Both the position numbers and the translations under genes were made by a program. A stretch of 64,000 nt of DNA from Chthonomonadaceae bacterium. Its GTDB lineage: Bacteria > Armatimonadota > Chthonomonadetes > Chthonomonadales > Chthonomonadaceae. Location: the NCBI GenBank assembly GCA_035650735.1, contig DASRGZ010000064.1:1-64000 (forward strand), read 5' to 3'. The notes beneath the pieces are model-generated. The model saw nothing but the letters and a program-made list of their open reading frames with translations. It did no database searches and had not been told where the DNA came from. This document shows, in pieces, positions 18,256 through 27,082 of this stretch (the stretch's first letter is position 1; the number at the start of each line of letters is the position of its first letter).

Positions 18256-18460
18256 GCCTTCTGCTCACTCCTTTCGCGCCGGGCCGCGTTCCGCCCAAAC
18301 CGGAAACCGGCGGAGCCTGGCCGGAATAGAAGGTCTCTAAGTGAAACGGAATCGCTTGCCTGCGCGTATGACTAGTAATCAACGCTATACGGCGTCCGTT
18401 TACCGGCACGCCGCGCTTTGTGCCAGGCCGCACGACATTCTTTCGCGATGAGGAACCGTC

Positions 18461-19456
18461 TTGACAGCGCCCATTGAAACCCGGCTTCAATTCCTGGAGG
18501 TGCCGGCCAGCCATCCCTCGGCTTCGTTTTCTCAGGCTGTCGCCGAAGGGCTATCCGGCCCGCACAAATGGCTTCCCTGCCGTTTTTTCTACGATTCGAT
18601 CGGCTCGCGCCTGTTCGAGCGCATCTGCCAGCTTCCCGAATACTATCTGACGCGCACCGAGCAGGCCATCCTGGAGCAGTACGCGCCGGAAATGCTGGAG
18701 GCGGCGGGCCAGGATCTGACTCTGGTGGAGTTGGGCAGCGGCAGTTCCTGCAAGACGCGGCTGCTCCTCAACGCCGGGCTGGCCCGGCAGCGCAGCCTGC
18801 GCTACATCCCCATTGACATCTCTTCCGAATTTCTCCGTCTCTCCGCCCTGACCCTGCTCGGCGAGTATGACCGCCTTTCCATAACGGCCATCGCCGCCGA
18901 ATACAACGACGGACTCGCGGCGCTGCCCGCTCCCGATGGCCCGCGCCTGTTGCTCTTTCTGGGCAGCAACATCGGCAATTTTACCCATGAGGAGGCGGTC
19001 GGCTTCCTGGCTCGCATCCGGGAACGGATGGAACTCCCGGACCGGCTGCTCGTCGGCGTGGACCTTCTCAAATCGCGCCGCCTCCTGGAAGCCGCCTATA
19101 ACGACGCGGAGGGCGTTACCGCCCAGTTTAACAAGAACCTGCTGGCGCGCATCAACCAGGAGTTGGGCGCCAGCTTTGACCTGGATGCCTTCGACCATGC
19201 CGCCCCCTTTATCGAGGCCCGGGCACGCATTGAGATGCGGCTGGTGAGCCGCCGCCCGCAAACCGTGCCCATCGCCGCCCTGCAGCGAAGCTATCTCTTC
19301 GAGGAGGGAGAGGCGATCCATACGGAGAATAGTCATAAATACTCCCTCCATAGCTTCGCGGCCCTGTGCCATCTGGCGGGCCTGGAGGTGCAGACACGCT
19401 GGCTGGATGAGCGGGAGTGGTTCGCCGTCCTCCTGCTGAAGTCACGCGCCTTATGA
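18461..19456 (+). CDS. egtD: L-histidine N-alpha-methyltransferase EgtD
   Basis: FFYDSIGSRLFERICQLPEYYLTRTE, ELGSGSSCKT, LGSNIGNF, AYNDAEGVTAQFN, IHTENSHKY. Confidence 0.95.
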   Translation: MTAPIETRLQFLEVPASHPSASFSQAVAEGLSGPHKWLPCRFFYDSIGSRLFERICQLPEYYLTRTEQAILEQYAPEMLEAAGQDLTLVELGSGSSCKTRLLLNAGLARQRSLRYIPIDISSEFLRLSALTLLGEYDRLSITAIAAEYNDGLAALPAPDGPRLLLFLGSNIGNFTHEEAVGFLARIRERMELPDRLLVGVDLLKSRRLLEAAYNDAEGVTAQFNKNLLARINQELGASFDLDAFDHAAPFIEARARIEMRLVSRRPQTVPIAALQRSYLFEEGEAIHTENSHKYSLHSFAALCHLAGLEVQTRWLDEREWFAVLLLKSRAL

Positions 19457-19482
19457 AGCAGATCGCCCCCGGCTAACATCCC

Positions 19483-20601
19483 ATGACATTCCTAGCCGTC
19501 GTATTTGGCCTGCTGCTGCTTCTTATCATTCTATGGGACACGTTTGAGACCATCGTGCTGCCGCGTACCGTCACGCGCAGGATTCGGTTCGCGCGTCTGT
19601 ATTATCGGGCGGTCTGGCGCGGATGGGCGAGCGTGGCGCGGCAGTTGCCGGACAACGAGTGGCGCTCCGGCTTCCTGGGCGCCTTCGGCCCGCTCTCGCT
19701 GTTGGTGCTGATGGGACTATGGGCGGCCTGCCTGGTTGTCAGCTTCGGGCTAATACAGTGGGGATTAGGCACCCGCCTGATAGCGGCTGAGCCGCATCCC
19801 GGCCTGGCTAGCGATATCTATATGAGTGGGGTCACCCTGTTTACGCTGGGCTACGGCGATGTCGTGCCCCGCACGCCGCTGGGCCGCACGCTTACTGTGA
19901 TCGAGGCGGGAGTGGGCATCGGGTTCCTAGCCCTGGTGATCGGCTACCTGCCCGTGATCTATCAGGCGTTTTCCCGCCGGGAAATCGGCATTTCGCTGCT
20001 GGACGCGCGCGCCGGCTCCCCACCGACCGCCGTGGAGCTGCTGCGGCGGCACGCGCTGGCCCGGACCATGTCCGCGCTGCAGCCGTTCCTGCAGGAATGG
20101 GAGCACTGGTGCGCCGATGTATTGGAGAGCCACCTCTCCTATCCGGTGCTGGCCTATTACCGCTCGCAGCATGATCGGCAGTCCTGGCTGGCCTCGCTGA
20201 CGACCTTGCTGGATACCTGCGCGCTGCTCAGCCTGCGCTTCCGGGAGGAGGCGGAGTGGCAGCAGGCGCTGCGCTGGCAGGCGCAGCTTACCTATGCGAT
20301 GGGCCGCCATATGATTGTGGACCTGGCGCTGATCTTTGATGCGCCGCCCATCTCGCCCGCAGCCGACCGACTGCCCCCGGAAGAGTGGGCGCGGCTGCGG
20401 GCCGCGCTGGAGTCGGCGGGCCTTCCGCTGCTCGATTCGGAGCAGATGCAACAGAGATTGGCCGCCGTGCGCCGCCAGTACGAGCCTTACGTGTATGCCC
20501 TTGCCGAGCGGCTGCTGCTGACGTTGCCTCCCTTCGTCCTGGAGATACAGACGGCGGACGACTGGCAGCGCAGCGCCTGGGAGAGCCTGCGCCATTTTTA
20601 G
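19483..20601 (+). CDS. Potassium channel family protein
   Basis: TM helices around TLFTLGYGD selectivity filter; C-terminal ESHLSYPVLAYYRS domain. Confidence 0.85.
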   Translation: MTFLAVVFGLLLLLIILWDTFETIVLPRTVTRRIRFARLYYRAVWRGWASVARQLPDNEWRSGFLGAFGPLSLLVLMGLWAACLVVSFGLIQWGLGTRLIAAEPHPGLASDIYMSGVTLFTLGYGDVVPRTPLGRTLTVIEAGVGIGFLALVIGYLPVIYQAFSRREIGISLLDARAGSPPTAVELLRRHALARTMSALQPFLQEWEHWCADVLESHLSYPVLAYYRSQHDRQSWLASLTTLLDTCALLSLRFREEAEWQQALRWQAQLTYAMGRHMIVDLALIFDAPPISPAADRLPPEEWARLRAALESAGLPLLDSEQMQQRLAAVRRQYEPYVYALAERLLLTLPPFVLEIQTADDWQRSAWESLRHF

Positions 20602-20634
20602 AGCCCGGCCCTAAAGGGATGGGCTGCCAACCGA

Positions 20635-20671
20635 CCTCACCCCGGCCCCACTCCTTGAGAAGGAGAGGGGG
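20635..20671. repeat. REP-like palindrome
   Basis: CCTCACCCCGGCCCCCACTCCTTGAGAAGGAGAGGGG. Confidence 0.65.
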
Positions 20672-20680
20672 AGGAGAAGT

Positions 20681-21979
20681 ATGATCAACCAATCCGCGCG
20701 CAAAGCCCAGCTTCATACCGCCTTGCGGCGCGTCCGGGCAAAGACGCTGTGGCTGATGGATCACGTGCCGGAGGCGCACCTCAAGGCGCGCGTCCATGAC
20801 TTCTACAGCCCGGTCGGCTGGCATTTCGGGCACATCGGCATGACCGAGGAGTACTGGGTCTGGTCGCGGGCGCTGGGCAGGCCATGCCTGGATTCCCACC
20901 TTAGCTTCCTGTTTGCCAATATTGACGACAACCCCAAAGATAATCGCGTCCATCTGCCCTCCCGGGAGGAGATCAAGGGCTACCTGGAGGCCACGCGCCG
21001 GAGGACGCTGCAAGCGCTGGAAGCGGCGAACCTGGAGGCCGACGACCCACTGCTTGCCGACGGCTACGCCTGGGAATTCGCCCTACAGCATGAGTGCCAG
21101 CATCAAGAATCCATTACTGAGCTCCTCCAGTTGATCCAGAAGGAGCGCGCACCCGAACCGCCCTCCGGGGCCGAAGCGGAGATCGTCCTCGCCCCGGCGT
21201 CCGTCACGGAGATGATCGCAATTCCGGGCGGCGCGTTTCGCATGGGCTCCAACGACCGGCACGGCTACGACAACGAAAAGGTCGAACACCAGGTAGAGGT
21301 TGCGCCCTTCCAGTTGGAGAGAACGCCAGTCAGCGCGGCGCAGTGGGTAGAATTTATCCAGGAGGGCGGCTATCGGCGCAAGGAGCTATGGACGGAAGAG
21401 GGCTGGGCCTGGCGGCAGCATGAAGGCGCAGAGCACCCGGAATACTGGCGGCCCCATGGGAAAGGCTACCTCTATTACAGCGCCGTCGGCCTGCGCAGCC
21501 TCTCCCCTGGAGAGCCTGTCAGCAGCATTAGCTGGTACGAGGCCGACGCCTACGCGCGCTGGCAGGGCAAGCGCCTGCCAACGGAAGCCGAATGGGAATA
21601 TGCCGCCGCCTGGGACCCGGCTACGGGCCGAACGCGCCGCTACCCCTGGGGCGACGATCCGGAGCCGGGAGACCGCGCGGATTACGGCCTTCAGCGCTGG
21701 GCTCCCCTGCCGGTCGGAGGGAAGACAACGGCCAATGCGCTCGGTCTGTGCAACATGGCGGGCGGCGTGTGGGAGTGGACCGCCAAGCCCTTCCTGCCCT
21801 ATCCCGGTTTCCGCGCGTTTCCCTATGACGGCTACTCCAAAGACCACATGGACGGCAAGCATTACGTCTGTCGGGGCGGGTCGTGGGCGACGGCGGCGCC
21901 GATCCTGCGCTGCAGCTTCCGCAACTGGTATGTGCCCACCTACCGGCAGGGCTTCCTGGGAGTAAGGTGCGCCCGATGA
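20681..21979 (+). CDS. egtB: Sulfoxide synthase EgtB (DinB + FGE-like domains)
   Basis: SPVGWHFGH, QHECQHQE iron ligands, RLPTEAEWEYAA, GGVWEW, RGGSW; in the egtD operon. Confidence 0.85.
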   Translation: MINQSARKAQLHTALRRVRAKTLWLMDHVPEAHLKARVHDFYSPVGWHFGHIGMTEEYWVWSRALGRPCLDSHLSFLFANIDDNPKDNRVHLPSREEIKGYLEATRRRTLQALEAANLEADDPLLADGYAWEFALQHECQHQESITELLQLIQKERAPEPPSGAEAEIVLAPASVTEMIAIPGGAFRMGSNDRHGYDNEKVEHQVEVAPFQLERTPVSAAQWVEFIQEGGYRRKELWTEEGWAWRQHEGAEHPEYWRPHGKGYLYYSAVGLRSLSPGEPVSSISWYEADAYARWQGKRLPTEAEWEYAAAWDPATGRTRRYPWGDDPEPGDRADYGLQRWAPLPVGGKTTANALGLCNMAGGVWEWTAKPFLPYPGFRAFPYDGYSKDHMDGKHYVCRGGSWATAAPILRCSFRNWYVPTYRQGFLGVRCAR

Positions 21980-22710
21980 TCACCTTTCACGGCGTCAGCA
22001 AGCAATACGGCCCGCTCACCGCGCTCTATCCGACCGACCTGTGCATCGAGGGCGGGCGAACCACCGCGCTCATCGGGCCGAGCGGGTGCGGCAAATCCAC
22101 CATCCTGCGCCTCATCATCGGCCTGATCACGCCGACTACGGGCGTCATCGAGGTCGAAGGCCATGCCATCCAACCGGCCAGGGTGCGCGAATTGCGCCTG
22201 CGCATGGGCTACGTCATTCAGGACGGCGGCCTGTTTCCGCACCTGACGGCAGCGCAGAACGTGACATTGATGGCCCGGCACCTGCGCCGCCCGGAGGCCA
22301 GGATTGAGCAGCGGCTGCGGGAGTTGGCCGAGTTGACGCGCTTCCCGGCGGATGGGCTGAGCCGCTACCCGGTGGAACTCTCCGGCGGCCAGCGGCAGCG
22401 CGTGAGCCTGATGCGCGCCCTGATGCTCGATCCGGACGTGCTGCTGCTGGACGAGCCGCTTGGCGCGCTCGACCCCCTGGTGCGCGCCGAACTCCAGACC
22501 GAGTTGAAAGAGATCTTCCGCCGTCTGGAGAAGACGGTCGTGCTGGTAACGCACGACATGGCCGAGGCGGGCTTTCTTGCCGACCGCATCGTGCTGCTCG
22601 CCGACGGGCGCATTGTCCAGCAGGGGACGCTGGCCGACCTGCGCGACCATCCCGCCAGCGCCTTCGTAACCGAATTTATGAACGCGCAGCGGAGCCTGGT
22701 GCAGCTATGA
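21976..22710 (+). CDS. ABC transporter ATP-binding protein (OsmV/ProV-like)
   Basis: GPSGCGKS, GYVIQDGGLFPH, LSGGQRQR, LLLDEP; ATGA overlap with the egtB stop. Confidence 0.93.
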   Translation: MITFHGVSKQYGPLTALYPTDLCIEGGRTTALIGPSGCGKSTILRLIIGLITPTTGVIEVEGHAIQPARVRELRLRMGYVIQDGGLFPHLTAAQNVTLMARHLRRPEARIEQRLRELAELTRFPADGLSRYPVELSGGQRQRVSLMRALMLDPDVLLLDEPLGALDPLVRAELQTELKEIFRRLEKTVVLVTHDMAEAGFLADRIVLLADGRIVQQGTLADLRDHPASAFVTEFMNAQRSLVQL

Positions 22711-24206
22711 GACGCCTCCTCCTTTCGCTCTTGATCCTGCTGGCCCTGTGCGGCGCGCTCACCGCCTGCCGCCGCTCCCGCCAGGTCATCATCATCGGCT
22801 CCAAGAAGTTTACCGAATCCTACGTCCTGGGCGAGATCGCCAAAAAGCTGATGCAGGACGCGGGGTTCACCGTGGAGCACCGGCAGGGCATGGGAGCGAC
22901 CGGGATCGTCTGGGGCGCGCTAAAGGCCGGCGGCATCACCATGTACCCGGAATATACGGGCACCATCAGCGAGGAGATACTCAAGCTCAAGGGCCGCCCC
23001 ACGGAGGAGGCGCTGCGCGCCGCTCTGAGCAAGGAGGGAATCGGCATGACGGGCGAGCTAGGCTTTAACAACACCTACGCGCTCGTCATGCGGCGGGATA
23101 AGGCGGAGCAGCTTGGCATCCGCAAGATCAGCGACCTGCGGGACCATCCCGACCTGATCGTCCGCCCTTCGCCCGAGTTCCTCAAGCGCAAGGACGGCTG
23201 GGAGCCGCTGAGCGCCCGCTATGGCCTGGCCATGCGCGACGTCGGCGGCATGGAGCATGAACTGGGCTACGCCGCCCTTGCCGGCGGCAAGATTGATGTC
23301 ATGGACGCCTACTCCACCGACGCCAAGATCGCCGAGTTCAATCTGGTGGTACTGGAGGACGATCTGGGCTTCTTCCCGCAGTACAAGGCCGTCTTTCTCT
23401 ACCGGCTGGACGCGCCGCCGAAGGCCGTCGCGGCCCTCGGCAAGCTGGTGGGAACCATCTCCGGCGAGAGGATGACTCGCCTGAACGCCGAGGCGGAGCG
23501 CACCAAGAACTACGCCCAGGCGGCGGCGCTCTATTTTACGGGCGCGGCACGGCGACAGGTGGCGGAGGGCGAGTCGTTTCCGGCCAGGCTGGCCCGCTGG
23601 ACGGGGCGGCACCTGGAACTGGTCGGCATTTCCCTCTTCGGCGCCATCCTGCTCGGCATCCCATTGGGCATCCTGGCCAGCCGTCCCGGCCTCGTCAGCC
23701 AGCTTATCCTGGGCGTCACCGGCGTCATCCAGACCATTCCCTCTATCGCCCTGCTGACCATGCTCATCGCCGTGCCGTTCCTGGGCATCGGCGTCGCCAC
23801 GGCCATCGTCGCGCTGTTTCTCTACAGCCTGCTGCCCATCGTGCGCAACACGGCGGCAGGGCTGCAAGATATTCCCCCGCCCGTGCGCGAATCTGCCGCC
23901 GCGCTGGGCCTGGAGCCCCCCGCGCAGCTGCGCAAGGTCTATCTGCCGATGGCCTCGCGCACCATCCTGGCCGGCATCAAGACCAGCGCGATCATCAACG
24001 TGGGTACGGCGACGCTGGCGGCTTTCATCGGCGCGGGCGGGCTGGGAGAGCCTATCGTCAGCGGCCTGGCCCTCAACGATACCAATACCGTGCTCCAGGG
24101 CGCCATTCCCGCCGCTATCCTGGCGCTGATCGTCCAGTTTGCCTTTGACCTGCTGGATCGCCTGCTCATCCCGAAGGGCCTGCGCCTGCCCGCCGTGCGG
24201 AGTTAA
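22707..24206 (+). CDS. Quaternary-amine ABC transporter substrate-binding/permease fusion
   Basis: Lipoprotein-like signal LTAC; GSKKFTES, YPEYTGT, GFNNTYAL, DAYSTD; permease QTIPSIAL, GAGGLG. Confidence 0.9.
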   Translation: MRRLLLSLLILLALCGALTACRRSRQVIIIGSKKFTESYVLGEIAKKLMQDAGFTVEHRQGMGATGIVWGALKAGGITMYPEYTGTISEEILKLKGRPTEEALRAALSKEGIGMTGELGFNNTYALVMRRDKAEQLGIRKISDLRDHPDLIVRPSPEFLKRKDGWEPLSARYGLAMRDVGGMEHELGYAALAGGKIDVMDAYSTDAKIAEFNLVVLEDDLGFFPQYKAVFLYRLDAPPKAVAALGKLVGTISGERMTRLNAEAERTKNYAQAAALYFTGAARRQVAEGESFPARLARWTGRHLELVGISLFGAILLGIPLGILASRPGLVSQLILGVTGVIQTIPSIALLTMLIAVPFLGIGVATAIVALFLYSLLPIVRNTAAGLQDIPPPVRESAAALGLEPPAQLRKVYLPMASRTILAGIKTSAIINVGTATLAAFIGAGGLGEPIVSGLALNDTNTVLQGAIPAAILALIVQFAFDLLDRLLIPKGLRLPAVRS

Positions 24207-24209
24207 GCC

Positions 24210-24926
24210 ATGCCCTCCCGCGCGCCCTCGCCCGCAGAGCCTGTCAGCGCGCTGCGCTATGTGCCCATCGTGGAATGTAGCGAGGAGCTGGTAAACTTCC
24301 TGGCCCTGTGCCCGGACCTGCTGCTGGACAGGCCGCGCTTCCGCTACCGCCGTGAAACCCTCCTGCGCCGGACGGTGGCCGAGCGGCTCTGTGAAGCCAA
24401 CCGCCGCCTGCCAGGTGGCTACCGGCTGGCGGTCATCGAAGGCTGGCGACCGCCGCATATCCAGCGGCGCATGTATCAGGCGATTTGGAACCGGTTCCAA
24501 TCCGAGCACCCGGATTGGTCGGCGACCAAGTTAAAACGGGTCGTCAACCGGTTCAGCGCGCCCCTGGATCCGCGCGTTCCGCCCCCGTACACGACCGGCG
24601 GCGCGGTAGACGTCATGCTGGCCGATGCCTCGGGACGGCTGCTGGATCACGGCTCGCCCTACGAGCCCTACGACTCGCGCAGCTTTCCCTTCGATGCGCC
24701 CGGCCTCTCCGAGACGGCCCGCCGCACCCGCGCCCTCCTTGCCGCAGCCCTCCTGTCCACCGGCCTGACCAACTATCCCAGCGAATACTGGCACTGGAGC
24801 TACGGCGATCAGGGCTGGGCCTACCGGAGCGGCTACGACCACGCCCTCTACGGCGCCATCGCGCCTCCGGGCTGGCAGCCCGCCCCTGAAGACCTCGCCG
24901 ATGCGCCTCTGGAGTGGATTGGCTAA
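24210..24926 (+). CDS. M15 D-Ala-D-Ala dipeptidase (VanX/DdpX family)
   Basis: EGWRP, TGGAVD, NYPSEYWHWSYGD; Tyr where the first Zn-His is expected. Confidence 0.8.
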   Translation: MPSRAPSPAEPVSALRYVPIVECSEELVNFLALCPDLLLDRPRFRYRRETLLRRTVAERLCEANRRLPGGYRLAVIEGWRPPHIQRRMYQAIWNRFQSEHPDWSATKLKRVVNRFSAPLDPRVPPPYTTGGAVDVMLADASGRLLDHGSPYEPYDSRSFPFDAPGLSETARRTRALLAAALLSTGLTNYPSEYWHWSYGDQGWAYRSGYDHALYGAIAPPGWQPAPEDLADAPLEWIG

Positions 24927-24928
24927 CT

Positions 24929-24961
24929 TAGGGTGTAGGGTTTAGGGTGTAGGGGATAGGG
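24929..24961 (+). repeat. Heptamer tandem repeat (TAGGGNN)x5
   Basis: TAGGGTG TAGGGTT TAGGGTG TAGGGGA TAGGG. Confidence 0.8.
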
Positions 24962-24964
24962 TCG

Positions 24965-25079
24965 CCCTCATCCCCTGCCCCCTCTCCCGGCGCTGCGGGA
25001 GAGGGGAAACGGGGAAGCCGGGTCCCCCCCTTCCCTGCCGCGTTAGCGGCGGATTAGGGAAGGGGGACGGGGAGTTAGG
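24965..25079. repeat. Composite REP-like palindromes between convergent genes
   Basis: Right part is near reverse complement of 29273-29355. Confidence 0.75.
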
Positions 25080-25100
25080 TCAAACCGAAATCAGCTCGCG

Positions 25101-25877
25101 CTAATTGGCGGTGGCCTTCTGCTTAGGCTCCCGCTCGGGCGGCGGAAGGCGCAGCAGACTGTCGGCCAACTGCTGGGCGACCTGTTGGGTTGCCTCCTGC
25201 CAGTCTACCAGCAGCGTTCGGGTGGTACGCTGACGAGTGCGCGGATGTTCGGCCATCTGCTCATCCGTCCAGGCGATGACGCCGTCGCGCGTGATGAGAA
25301 ACGCCTGCACGCGCGGCGAGACGACGTGCGCGTGGATGCGCTCCAGCCCCCAGTTGAGCGGGTTGGGGTCCCAGGCTTCGTGGTGGAATTGCATTCCCTC
25401 GCCGATGCTGGCGGGCTCGCGCATGGTGCCGACAAAGACGGCATCCACCTTCAGGCGCTTCGCTAGCAGGACGATCCGCTTGAGGTCAGGCGCGGGCCAC
25501 TGCCGCCCCTGCGCTATCCCCTTGTTGGCGAAGAGGTCGCAGGGGGTCCACCGCAGCGCTTTCAGGGCGCGATCGGTCAGATCGAGCGGCGCTACCCGGA
25601 AGCGTCCCTGCTCAGAGAGCAACACCGGCAGCGTCGTCCGCATCACCTGCGTGAGACTTTGCAGAGTTGATTGGTACGGGTGATCCTTTCCATCTGCCAG
25701 CTTCGGGGGCGGCGTCTCCGTGCAGAAGAACGGCGGCACCACAGCGATCCGCCGCACCTTCTGCAGCGCCTCCCACCGGTAGACGGTATCCGCTGCGCGT
25801 GCCATCCCGGAAAGGGCTAACACGCCGCCCGCCACAATTACGACCATCCCTCGCTTCCGGGCCGAAATGGGCCGCAT
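25101..25877 (-). CDS. Secreted hypothetical protein
   Basis: Signal peptide (ARA), RRIAVVPPF start of mature domain; coupled to the upstream gene. Confidence 0.7.
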   Translation of the reverse strand: MRPISARKRGMVVIVAGGVLALSGMARAADTVYRWEALQKVRRIAVVPPFFCTETPPPKLADGKDHPYQSTLQSLTQVMRTTLPVLLSEQGRFRVAPLDLTDRALKALRWTPCDLFANKGIAQGRQWPAPDLKRIVLLAKRLKVDAVFVGTMREPASIGEGMQFHHEAWDPNPLNWGLERIHAHVVSPRVQAFLITRDGVIAWTDEQMAEHPRTRQRTTRTLLVDWQEATQQVAQQLADSLLRLPPPEREPKQKATAN

Positions 25878-26848
25878 TATTCCTTCCCTCCTTTTGCCAG
25901 CAGGGCCGCCCCGTAAGCCGCATCGCTTTTGGGGACCGCGATAGGAAAGCGCGCATCCAGCCAGGTCTCTGCCGGCTCAACCGGACTCTCGGGGCTGCGC
26001 CAGCGCGGCAAGGCGAACTCCTCGCGCAGGAAGGCGCCGATCTGCCAGAGCCCGCCCAGCGGATAGATCGGCGTATCCAGCGGCAGCCGTAACTTGTGCC
26101 GCACCGCCCACACGGAATGGCGCAACTGCCGGGCCATCTCCGCCACATGCGCCCGCGCCGCCGCATCCCCCGCCTCCGCCAGCGCCCCGACCACAGGAGC
26201 CAGCCCGGCTACGCGCGCCGGACTGAAATCCCGGTAGAGCCAGCGGAGGATCTCGTTGCGGGACCGAGCGCCGGTGAACTCCTGCACCGCCTGCGTCAGC
26301 GCGTCCGTCCGGCCCTGCTCGATCTGCTCCAGCGTATAGCCCAGCACGCGCAGGCCCAGGTGGAACCCGCTGCCCCGATCGCCCAGCAGATAGCCCAGGC
26401 CGTCCTCCCGGTGCGTTTGGCCCTCCGCATTGCGCCCATAGGCCACCGCGCCCGTCCCGGCAATAACCACGATGCCCGGCTCGCCGTGCGTGGCTCCCCA
26501 GTAGGCGATCACGTAATCCGGCTCGACCCGATACCGCGCGGTAGGATTCTCTGCTTCCACAGGGACATTGGCCCGCAGGAGGAACTCGAAGGCGGCTCGG
26601 CGGTCTTCCACCGAGTAGCCCGCCACACCCGCGCACACGCCGGCAAAGCGCGTCGCGTCCGCCGACAGACCGGCCTCCGCGCAGGCTTCCCGCACCGCCG
26701 TCCGCAGCGATTGGGCCAGCGTCGCATCGTCGCTCTGCGCCACGTTGCCCGGCCCGCCGCGTCCGCGCCCGCGCTCCGCTCCCGCCGCGTCCATGATTAG
26801 CGCGGCGGTCTTGGTTCCCCCGCAATCCAATCCCAGATAGAGGCTCAT
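25877..26848 (-). CDS. BadF/BadG/BcrA/BcrD-type N-acetylglucosamine kinase-like ATPase
   Basis: LGLDCGGTKT, VIAGTGAV, GYLLGDRGSG. Confidence 0.88.
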   Translation of the reverse strand: MSLYLGLDCGGTKTAALIMDAAGAERGRGRGGPGNVAQSDDATLAQSLRTAVREACAEAGLSADATRFAGVCAGVAGYSVEDRRAAFEFLLRANVPVEAENPTARYRVEPDYVIAYWGATHGEPGIVVIAGTGAVAYGRNAEGQTHREDGLGYLLGDRGSGFHLGLRVLGYTLEQIEQGRTDALTQAVQEFTGARSRNEILRWLYRDFSPARVAGLAPVVGALAEAGDAAARAHVAEMARQLRHSVWAVRHKLRLPLDTPIYPLGGLWQIGAFLREEFALPRWRSPESPVEPAETWLDARFPIAVPKSDAAYGAALLAKGGKE

Positions 26849-27082
26849 TCTCGCGCCTTCGCCTGCCCGCCACCGGGTCGCAAAGATAAAGAAACGTCTG
26901 CGGAACAATTCCGTGACCGGAACGCATTATCCTGCCCGGCTAGTCTCTCCGGCAGGCGATAGAGCGTTTGAGCAGGGTATAATAACCCCGATAGCGCTAC
27001 GCCGATAATAGGCTGAACTGTTTTCGGCAGATGTTCCCCTGTGCGCTCGCTATCCAGCCCTTGTCCGGGAGTCTTCCAGCCC

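Noticed and set aside
20681..21979. Selenoneine synthase SenA call
   Set aside because: No senB glycosyltransferase or selD/senC adjacent; the egtD/egtE-like context favours EgtB
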